A DNA stretch of 59,133 nucleotides, the filler included, from Babesia bigemina (taxonomy: Eukaryota), in assembly GCF_000981445.1 (NCBI RefSeq). It is 10 parts of 10 records of this genome, joined end to end, with 100 filler letters (N's around TTAATTAATTAA, not from the genome) between each part and the next. Parts side by side here need not be neighbours in the genome. Positions count along the whole stretch, not along the records: positions 18,271 to 36,169 come from NW_012237377.1; 9 more parts are not named here. One strand, 5' to 3'. This document shows, piece after piece, positions 19,234-29,828 of this stretch. Within the stretch, counting starts at the first letter, position 1; every line of letters begins with the position of its first letter. Under the pieces are notes generated by a model. It searched no databases. It was not told the DNA's origin and saw only the letters and a program-made list of their open reading frames with translations. The position numbers and the translations under genes are program-made.

Positions 19234-22200
19234 TTATGGTTGCAGATAAAACACTTTGCCCAGTTTGTTAACACGTGCTGCGGCGAGTAGTGATTGAGCG
19301 GCTATACGATGACTCGAGGGACTATGTAGATGCGATTTGATGTGGAGCAGGTCGAGGCGGATGACCATGATGTGGAGGAGGTACAGGACAGAGAGGAGCC
19401 AGAGAGCGAGGACAAGGTAGGAGAAGGGTTCGCGGATTCTCCACAGTAACATGTCGCATTGCTTAAATAGGTCAGTGAAATAGTCGGAGTTAACAACATT
19501 GTACAGGTGACTTCGCATGTTGAAGCAGTTTCTTTTTAACGATATCAAATTCTGCGCATCCCTGAATGTGAAACCGTATTGGTATAACGTTGGCGATACG
19601 CCGTTGCAATGCACAACGGAAGTACATTGGCAACCCGTTCCTTTCTCCGCCGGATTAAGCATACCATGACTCTCTCCCTTGCATATATCGGTATGCAAGC
19701 AGTTCCTGCATCCCCAGTCTTCACATCTTATAGCCTTAAACGCGTCGAGGAGACTTGCAAGATATTTATGGAATGTCCACGGCAAGTAAACTGCCCATGA
19801 CAGGTACGAGTTAGATTGCTTGTTGACAAGGTAATGATAAGTGTCGCAGCTTAGGGGGGATAGGTACGGGACGCAGTGCTCCTGAGTGATGCAGGAATTG
19901 GTCAGTGAAATGCACGACAGATTAAGTTTATTGTTGGTACGATTCGGGCTGCGATGCTCGGTTGGTGTATTGCCATAGGCTTTACACATCGGTGTTGTCA
20001 ACTCATCCGTATTTTCATACAGCTTGATGGAGCTAGCGTTAATAGAATTTGCGATGGTGTCTGCCAATGTTTTAATGCCGTCAACCTTACTCTGCTTTGA
20101 AGCACTAAGTCCCTTGGCAAGTGACACTGCAAACTGGAAGTGCTCCGGCAAGTTAGTTGGAGGCCTGGGTGCGAGGGTGAATAGACACGCAATAATACCG
20201 TTGCCTAATATCTCTTTAATAATGCGGCATAATTGTTCACCCGTTTTAATTGACCCAGAAAAGCCTCTGAATCCAAGGGGCGTTAAGCATGGCATTCCAG
20301 GCTTATTACCGGGGCACGTTTTGCATTCGGATTTACAACCGACATTCGTGAGCTGATGAGGCAAGTGACCCGGCAAACAGTCATTTAAGTAACTCATCAA
20401 CGGAGAGGTTGGCTGGCAATTTGGTTGACTGTTTGGTTGACTGTTTGGTCGGCACTTTGGTTGACACTTTGCCTGGCACGTTACTTCCTCCGTTGATCTG
20501 TCGTTACAATGCGATTTGGTCGTAGGCACATTTTTACCGTACTGGCAGTCCGCCCAACCGAACTCCATGGCCGAATAACTACACTTGGATTCGAGGAATC
20601 GGAACACGGAGAGCAATCTACGAAGCATGTCGACTAACATTGGCAAGCAGTCGTCCGCCGTCTTAGGGTAATGCAGCTTGAGGGAATTGTTTGCGTATTC
20701 GCAGGCGTACCTGGTGTGCTCATCACCTGTGCCGGCGATTCTAGCCAACACGTCGTATGATTTGGAGCAAATTAGTTCAATCACAGCATAGATATCTTTA
20801 TATGTGAACTTATGTGGATGCGCATCCAGGTAGTACGCGTTTTCATCATCGAACTCAATTTCAATTCCCGAGTCACCGCTATCTATGGCTTGCTTCTTAG
20901 GTTTATCAAGCAGCTTGGTGATGCCGCCAGGTAACGCTGAATATACGGTACTATGAGGGAGCCCTGAGAACCAGCAGAGTATTTCGTATATACTGCACGG
21001 ATGCCTTTTGGAGAATAACGTTGATAGATGACATACTTCGTTATACTCGTCGAGGTGACTGTAGAGGCATGCTATGAAATCCATGATATTAAAGTTCCAT
21101 TCTTTCTCCCGTGATCTACACTGCGGAACGTGTTCTAGATTCGACATTTGTATGATCTTACCGAGAATTCCATCGATATGTTTGCCAGTGAACGTATGTC
21201 TGCACTGCAGCTCCCCGTCCTGATGCGACTTCTGACTGGTAGGAACAATGTAACCGCACTGCTTGAGGAACTCACCAAGAGGGTTTTCTTTATCAATTTC
21301 ATCTTTAAGATGTATAGCTTTCTTGCTCCAACTACCCTCGCACCTCCTCTTCAACTCCCCGAGGTCCTCCACCCACATCGGCAGGCAGCTCATAAACACC
21401 TTGGCGCAGCGCGTAGCGTCGGCGGCTGTCTCCTGTTTGCCGCCCTTTACCTCCTCCCAAGTAATTCCCTTACTACCACAATACCTATTAACATACGCCT
21501 TTTCCATCTCCTTTACCAGCCCTTGCATCCCTGCCTTCAGCGCATCCAGGAGTTGCGGGTGGTGCGGGTTCGCGAAGGTAGCGGGGTCGAACGAGGACAG
21601 GGTGGAGGTCAGGTCGTGGAGGAGGGAGCGGAAACCGGAGTCAAAGGTGAAGGTGCGTTTGTTGTCGTGGAGGTGGGACAGGAGGGCGTGGGTGCGGGCT
21701 TGGAGGCCGGCGACCAGTTGGGAGGAGGGGGTGGGGGTGAGTTGGGAGGTGATGTAGGTAAAGAGGGGATGTAAGTAATGTCTAATTTTATCTGCTGTCC
21801 ATTTTGACTCTTGTACGCCCGTAAGTTCCGTAAGTGTTTTGTGATTTTGATTCATGTACCAGAGCAGGCACTTGATACCGCTGGCTCTGTCCTCGTCGAT
21901 GATGTGATCGATGGCGGAAATTTGAGTGGAGACGAGGGATCTGAGGGCTTCTAAGTCCGATTTGTGTTGGATGGCATACATTTTTCTCACATGGGTAGTG
22001 ACGACGGTAAAGGCAGATTCGGCTTTAGTGAGGAGGGTTGTTTTGAGTTCTGAGACAGCTTTAACAAGCGACGTTTTGGCAGTTTTTGAAGTTTCTCGTA
22101 AAGCTTTTATGGCATCTTGTAGAGCGCCGTCAGCAAGTTCTACAGCTTCACTAATGGCTCTTACTTTTGTTTTAATCTTACTTCTCAAGACCTCCATCTT

Positions 22201-25200
22201 CTGTAAAGCATTCTGCCTAGCATTGTCGACTTTTTTTGGAAGTGATTCTAAATCGTTGATTATGCTATTCATATATCGTGCATTGGTGTTTGACGTGACT
22301 TGTGAAACTCTTTTCTGTAGCGCTTCAAGGTTACTATATATATCGGTCAGTTTATCCACTTCGTCAGGGTATATACCATTATCGTCACCAACCATGGCTC
22401 CGAGTTTTGCCAAATGGTAACTAAGACTATTGTTTTTTCCCCCATCGCTCTTCTCGACCAAATCCTTAACGGCGCCGGTAAATTCGCTGAGTCGAGTGTA
22501 CACCGCTAGAAGGGCATCGGAGAGTACAGTTGCAGTAATAAATTCGGTACCATTGTTATTCAACGCTCCTGTTACTTTTGTTTCAATATCCCTAATTTTC
22601 CGGGGCAGTGTGCCTCCCAGCTTATCGAGTGGACCCGAAAGGCTGGATTGAGTAATTTGGCGTTCATAATTTAGAAAAACTCCAGCCTTTAAACTGACGC
22701 TGTTGGTTGTATGATCGTCGCCAATGGCGGCATTAAGTTTTCCGTATACATCACTTTCAAAGGCTGACTTTCCTAGCTTACCGCTGAGACCATCGTAGGC
22801 GCCTTTAAAAGCATTCATGAGGCCATCTCTACCATTTATCTGTATATCATTTTTGCCAGTACCTGGAATATGTTTTTCAACTTCCGCAGCGACATCCTTG
22901 TCGGCGTTATACATTGAAAGATCAACCGAGGTGCCATCTGCGGATACAAGAGTGGCGGAACCAGAGACAATTCCAGTATGGCGGTCACTTTGAGCTTCAA
23001 CAAGATTATTGAGAAGAGTCTCCGCTGTTTTGTAAGCGTCGTCCACATTCACAATTTTTGATTGCTTTAGTTGGTCCTGGAGATCGGTAAACGCTTTCAA
23101 CTCCGTGGCGGCTTGATTGGCTGTGTATTACAGCGCTATTACAATGTAACGGACGGCAGCCTGAAGATAGTTTTTCAGAGTTCGTGTTTTGTTAGCCTTT
23201 TTCACTGCTTTATCTTCGATTGCATCCACTATGCCATCGACAAACGCATCGCTACTAGCGGTGACATTCATAATTGTTATTTGATCATTAAGCTTCCTCG
23301 CAAACCCACTTATGCAAGCGTGTATTTTTTGAACGCATTTCGAGATGTCATCATCGTCAGAAACTGAAGTGAAAGTGAAAGCTCCTGAGATCCCCTTCAG
23401 CTTGTTCTTGATCTGCACTGCGATGTCATTGATTCTTCCCGATTCTATGGCACAATTATTCTCGTTCACATATTGCGGCTCGAAATACTCCCTTCCCTTG
23501 TTCTTTTGAACGTACTGCTCAATATATTTTCTCACCACGTTATTATTTTTTAAAATGTTTTCTAACCATATTATCACCGTATTCTCAAACCCTGTTGTCT
23601 GCTTGAACTGCTTTGCATACGTCGAAGTGACGTGTTTCACATATCCGTGCAAACCGTTGCCATTTCCATCATTGCCCTTAATAGCGCTAACTTGCGTCTG
23701 AATTGTTTTGAGAAGATTCTTAACATGGTTTTGCAAACTACTGACAAGCTTCATTTCTAAGCCATGTAAATCCCCTTTCACATTATTTTCTAGACCATCC
23801 CAATACTGTGTCTTCAAAAGATTGACATGACTCCAAATTTCATCTCTTATTCTCCCTTTCACAATTCGTAAATCTTTCTTAAGCTCCTCGTCCATTGTCT
23901 TAACAGCCTGTAATGCCACATTAATACTACTTGTAAGTGCTTTCTTAGCCTCCGCTATGGACGTCATAAATCTATCAGCCTTTTCTTTTAGATTATCAGC
24001 TGCGAATTGAACTTTTTGATATTCCGCACTTGAGAGCCTATCTTTGTCTAGTTTCATGATAATGTCACCAATCTTTGTTTTCACTGCATAAACGACATCT
24101 TGCGCCTTTTTTTTCCATTCATTCAACTTGCGATTCTCCGTTACCATGTCCACACGAATGTGCGTCGTATCCATCATCATTGCGCTGAATTTCTGCTTCA
24201 GGTTAGAATCGGATGTTTCAGTGCTCGTAATATCACTCATTTGGTCGTTCACATCTGCAAAGAGTTTTTCGATTTCATTTCTGTAATCGTTGCTAAATTC
24301 GTCATGTAAAAACGCATCAGCTTCTTTCAATTTTTCGTGGATACCTTGAAACTGATCTTTTTTCTTATCTTCCAAAGCGGAGACGCTTCGACGAATTTTA
24401 TATAATTCCTTATGCACATCATCTCCGACTTTTTCACACACCTGATCGACGTGTTTCTTAACGTCATTCCTTTGCCACTCCAACTCTGCGTCCACCCTCT
24501 GCACCTGTGTCAACAAATCCGGATTTTTTGCAGATTTATTTAACATTTCTACCGATTTCTTAACAATCTTTATCTCATTCATTACGTTGGTTTTTAACGA
24601 TTTATCAAGCTCACTAATTTTATCTTCTTCAATTTGGCTGACGTCAAAGTCAATGTTACCGATAACCTCCGACCAAGTCGACAGCTGATCAGTGAGGGAA
24701 GAGTTTTCATTAATTTTATTTTTGTAATTACCGTTCATATTATTAATTAACCAAGTTAATTCATCTGTTACTTTTTTGGTTTTATCATTTATCTCCCTCT
24801 CATACCCCTCCAACCACTCCTTCACCGCGCCGACAGCATCCGCAAGCCCTTCACGCCCGGAGCCAATTTTACTATCTACAAGTTTGAGAACACTTTTAAG
24901 CTTTTTAGTGTCTCCACTGATGTAATTATCATAAGTTGTCACCTCATTTTCGTTTTTCACCGCATCAAGCACACCACTCAAAAACGCCATCACCCCGTCA
25001 CACAGCCTGTCCAGGTCGGAGTACACAATCCCAGTGCCATCGTAGCCTTTGGAAGCAGAGTTGAAGCCGAGGAAAGTCTCGAGGCCAGTGCAAAGGTTAG
25101 TAAGGATGTTAGTAGGGTTGTTATTTGAGGTATTTTTGAGGTTCAAAATTTCATCGAATTTCTTGCCAGGCTCCCTAGGCGGCACACGGTCAGGGCAGTG

Positions 25201-25269
25201 GCAAGAGGTAGAAGAGAGGAAGTGAAGGGTGACAAGGCACAAGTTATTAGGATGGTTTATAGAGGTCAT
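19234..25269 (-). pseudogene. ves1: Full-length ves1b-type gene (2011 codons) with a single in-frame TAA at 23130..23128
   Basis: ORFs 23128..25269 and 19234..23100 are in the same frame (offset 2169 nt). Reads AVRYIVIAL*YTANQAATELKAF versus AIRALLTALQSTVQRINDELQTF in the 29829 paralog. C-terminal TM and tail are intact. Confidence 0.85.
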
Positions 25270-25296
25270 AGCGGTATTAAGGCGAGGTAATTCAAG

Positions 25297-25907
25297 GGAT
25301 GTGGAGTGGGTTAAGGGAGCGATGTAGAGTGGGTTAGGGAGCGATGTAGAGTGGGTTAAAGAGCGATGTAGAGTGGATAAAGGGGCGATGTAGAGTGGAT
25401 AAAGGAGCGATGTAGAGTGGATAAAGGGGCGATGTAGAGTGGGTTAAGGAGCGATGTAGAGTGGGTTAAGGAGCGATGTAGAGTGGGTTAAGGGGCGATG
25501 TAGAGTGGGTAAAGGGGCGATGTAGAGTGGGTTAGGGAGCGATGTAGAGTGGATTAAGGGGCGATGTAGAGTGGGTTAAGGGGCGATGTAGAGTGGGTTA
25601 AGGGGCGATGTAGAGTGGGTAGAGGAGCGATGTAGAGTGGGTTAAGGGGCGATGTAGAGTGGATAAGGGAGCGATGTAGAGTGGATAAAGGGGCGATGTA
25701 GAGTGGATAAAGGAGCGATGTAGAGTGGATAAAGGGGCGATGTAGAGTGGGTTAAGGAGCGATGTGGAGTGGATAAGGGGCGATGTAGAGTGGATTAAGG
25801 GGCGATGTAGAGTGGATAAAGGGGCGATGTAGAGTGGGTTAAGGAGCGATGTAGAGTGGGTTAAGGAGCGATGTAGAGTGGGTAAAGGAGCGATGTGGAG
25901 TGGGTAA
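25297..25907 (-). repeat. 21-bp satellite A, complete array of about 29 units
   Basis: Both ends visible within one contig. Confidence 0.97.
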
Positions 25908-25929
25908 TAATCACCACTTAGGTCACCAC

Positions 25930-27871
25930 TGTCATCGCTGCCGTAACCATGTCATCGCTGCCGTGTCCATGTCGTCGCTGCCGTGTTGATGTCATCGCTG
26001 CCGTGACCATGTCATCGCTGCCGTGACCATGTCATCGCTGTCGTAACCATGTCATCGCTGCCGTGACCATGTCATCGCTGTCGTAACCATGTCATCGCTG
26101 CCGTAACTATGTCATCGCTGCCGTAACCAAGACATCGCTGCCGTAACCAAGACATCGCTGCCGTGACCATGTCATCGCTGTCGTAACCATGTCATCGCTG
26201 CCGTGACCATGTCATCGCTGTCGTAACCATGTCATCGCTGCCGTAACCAAGACATCGCTGCCGTAACCAAGACATCGCTGCCGTGACCATGACATCGCTG
26301 CCGTGACCATGTCATCGCTGCCGTAACCAAGACATCGCTGCCGTGACCATGACATCGCTGCCGTGACCATGTCATCGCTGCCGTAACCATGTCATCGCTG
26401 CCGTGTCCATGTCATCGCTGCCGTGACCAAGACATCGCTGCCGTCACCACTGTCATCGCTGCCGTAACCATGTCATCGCTGCCGTGTCCATGTCGTCGCT
26501 GCCGTGTTGATGTCATCGCTGCCGTGACCATGTCATCGCTGTCGTAACCATGTCATCGCTGCCGTGACCATGTCATCGCTGTCGTAACCATGTCATCGCT
26601 GCCGTAACTATGTCATCGCTGCCGTAACCAAGACATCGCTGCCGTAACCAAGACATCGCTGCCGTGACCATGACATCGCTGCCTCAACCATGTCATCGCT
26701 GCCTCAACCATGTCATCGCTGCCTCAACCATGTCATCGCTGCCGTGACCGTGTCATCGCTGCCGTGACCATGTCATCGCTGTCGTAACCATGTCATCGCT
26801 GCCGTAACTATGTCATCGCTGCCGTAACCAAGACATCGCTGCCGTAACCAAGACATCGCTGCCGTGACCATGACATCGCTGCCTCAACCATGTCATCGCT
26901 GCCTCAACCATGTCATCGCTGCCTCAACCATGTCATCGCTGCCGTGACCGTGTCATCGCTGCCGTGACCGTGTCATCGCTGCCGTGACCATGTCATCGCT
27001 GCTGTAGCCATGTCATCGCTGCCGTGACCATGACATCGCTGCCGTGACCATGTCATCGCTGCCGTGTCCATGTCGTCGCTGCCGTGTTGATGTCATCGCT
27101 GCCGTGACCATGTCATCGCTGTCGTAACCATGTCATCGCTGCCGTGACCATGTCATCGCTGTCGTAACCATGTCATCGCTGCCGTAACTATGTCATCGCT
27201 GCCGTAACCAAGACATCGCTGCCGTAACCAAGACATCGCTGCCGTAACCATGTCATCGCTGCCGTGACCGTGTCATCGCTGCCGTGACCATGTCATCGCT
27301 GCCGTAACCATGTCATCGCTGCCGTAACCATGTCATCGCTGCCGTGACCGTGTCATCGCTGCCGTGACCATGTCATCGCTGCTGTAGCCATGTCATCGCT
27401 GCCGTGACCATGACATCGCTGCCGTGACCATGTCATCGCTGCTGTAGCCATGTCATCGCTGCCGTGACCATGACATCGCTGCCGTGTCCATGTCACCGCT
27501 GCCGTGTCCATGTCATCGCTGCCGTAACCATGCCATCGCTGCCGTAACCATGTCATCGCTGCCGTTGCCATGTCATCGCTGCCGTGACCAAGACATCGCT
27601 GCCGTAACCATGTCATCGCTGCCGTAATTATGTCATCGCTGCCGTGACCATATCATCGCTGCCGTGTCCATGTCATCGCTGCCGTGACCAAGACATCGCT
27701 GCCGTGACCATGTCATCGCTGCCGTGACCATGTCATCGCTGCCGTAACCATGTCATCGCTGTCGTAGCCATGTCATCGCTGCTGTGTCCATGTCATCGCT
27801 GCTGTGTCCATGTCATCGCTGCTGTGTCCATGTCATTGCTGCCGTGTCCATGTCATCGCTGCAGTAACCAT
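25930..27871 (-). repeat. 20-bp satellite B, about 97 units with higher-order duplications
   Basis: Tandem units; variant blocks recur. Confidence 0.97.
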
Positions 27872-27873
27872 CA

Positions 27874-27980
27874 ACTTGGTCAGGTGCTTGGTCAGCACTT
27901 TGGTCACCACTCTGGTCATGGCATTGGTCAGCACTTTGGTCAGCCACTAGGTCACTCACTGCTCATGTGATTGGTCAGCA
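27874..27980 (-). repeat. 12-bp repeat C (TTGGTCA core)
   Basis: About 7 degenerate units. Confidence 0.85.
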
Positions 27981-28077
27981 ATGTAATCATTACTCTGTCT
28001 AGCACATTAGGTGTAGTTGCCAGTCAGGTGATCTGTGGGATTTGGATTACGATGTTTGCGCTAACACATTGCTGAGA

Positions 28078-28960
28078 TCAGCTGTAGAACGCGATGCAGA
28101 AGGGTATCTTGCGTACGAGGAAATCGCGGATGTTGCGGCCCACCGGAAAGCGGAAGATGCACAGGTCGAGCAGGATGATGGCGACGATGAGGGCAACGAT
28201 GACGGCGGCGATGGCTTTGGGGTCAGGGCGGAAAGGTGGAGCTTTGTTTTCTAGCTTGAGAGCTTCGGGAGGAGATTGATGCTCTTGTTTGGCGGCTTGT
28301 TGCTGAGCTTCGGAGGAATCAGGGAGAGAATGTTGACTGGTGGAATGAAGGGAGGCGGCGGCAAGGCGTTTACTTTCCTCTTCACGTTTATGTAAACAAC
28401 ATTTACACTCACATTGACATGTATTCCCGTTGCCTCTACATTGGTCGTTACATGGCGTAGGTTCGCACTTGTAAGACCTCAGGTTACCAGTGCGCTTATT
28501 GCGATCATACCAACATCCATTGCAATTGCCAGAAGATTTAGTACACTCAACACAACACCAATAACAACAGATACAATTGAGAAACCTACAACTCGTAACA
28601 CACGTACACTTCCGCCAATCCAACCCTGACATCTTCCCTCTCCCTCCCACTCCCCTCAAGCTGCAAACATATCAATTACCTAAGCAAACACTCACCAACT
28701 GCAACACGTACCACTGCCGCTCCCAGTCCCCTCAACCTGCAAACATATCAATCACCTAGCAAAGCACTCACCAACTGCAACACGTACACTGCCGCGCCCA
28801 GTCGCATCAACCTGCAGACATATCAATCACTAACCAACGCACTCACCAACTGCAACACGTACCACTGCCGCTCCCAGTCCCCTTAACCTGCAAACTTATC
28901 AATCACTTAAGCAGCACTCACCAACTTCAACACTACCACTGCCGCTCCCAGTCCCCTCAT
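28078..28960 (-). CDS. Predicted 5-exon, 247-aa small Cys-rich membrane protein with a ves-family-like C-terminus. Exons 28960-28922, 28887-28847, 28811-28772, 28736-28696, 28660-28078.
   Basis: Last exon is the 193-aa ORF (Cys-rich domain, TM IAAVIVALIVAIILLDLCIF, tail RFPVGRNIRDFLVRKIPFCIAFYS). Four GTGAGT...TGCAG introns of 34-35 nt splice to a stop-free 744-nt frame from ATG 28960. Confidence 0.6.
28644..28960 (-). repeat. About 75-bp tandem repeat, about 4.2 units, each one mini-exon plus one mini-intron
   Basis: Unit on - strand: GTTGAGGGGACTGGGAGCGGCAGTGGTACGTGTTGCAGTTG|GTGAGTGCTTTGCTAGGTGATTGATATGTTTGCAG. Confidence 0.92.
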
Positions 28961-29476
28961 CAACACGCACCCTCACCCCTGTGTCCCCCCAGCCCAGGCC
29001 ACCGACACCCACGCTGCCCAGGATACCACAGATGCCCTGACGCGACGCATGTGATCGGCACCAACTGTCACTCTAAATTATTCACTATTCGCAACGCCAT
29101 TAAAATTGCAGCGAACCCCGTGCGCTCAACTCCCACAGTGCAGCAGCACCGTGCTACGAGCCGCCGTATCGGCGCCATGCTGGCGGAGCGTGTCGGCTAC
29201 GTGCCTAAATGTGATATCAACATTCGCTACATCGCCGCCTATAAACGCTACTTAACCAGACCAACGCGGATTACGCCACCCTGCCAGTGACTCGCAACAG
29301 ACGGCTTAGATCACCCGCCGCGGTCTTCACGACCGCCTATGTTAGCGACCAATCACCCAGCCTCACGTGACACTGACTCAATGGGCAACGCGGACGCCTC
29401 TCACAGTCAACGCACAGCTCAACGCAACAACTAATCAACGTGCTACAACACCCACCAAATTACGGTTCATCCGCCA

Positions 29477-29682
29477 GCTTAGCACGTTGCCTGGTTGCTA
29501 GGTTAACACTTTGCCTGTGTGCTAGCTTAGCACTTCGCCTGGGTGCTAGCTTAGCACTTTGCCTGCTTGCTAGGTTAGCACCTTGCCTGGTTGCTATCTT
29601 AGCACTTTGCCTGTGTGCTAGCTTAGCACGTTGCCTGTGTGCTAGCTTATCACTTTGCCTGGGTGCTAGCTTAGCACGTTGC
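29477..29682. repeat. 24-bp tandem repeat GCTTAGCACTTTGCCTGTGTGCTA, about 8.6 units, internally palindromic
   Basis: Units start at 29477, 29501, 29525 and so on; TAGCAC...GTGCTA arms in the consensus. Confidence 0.95.
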
Positions 29683-29828
29683 ATTGTCGTTTACTCATAA
29701 CCCAATTTAGGTGCTATTTAGTTTACAGGTTGCCGCTAGAGTAATTCGAGACATTAGACTACGTTTGTCGGTTAGGTGAGTAGGTGAGTAGTTACGTGAG
29801 TTGCTGTGAATTACAATCGTGAATACAA

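Noticed and set aside
25930..27871. 20-, 21- and 24-bp arrays as CRISPR arrays
   Set aside because: Head-to-tail units with no unique spacers, no cas genes, eukaryotic context.
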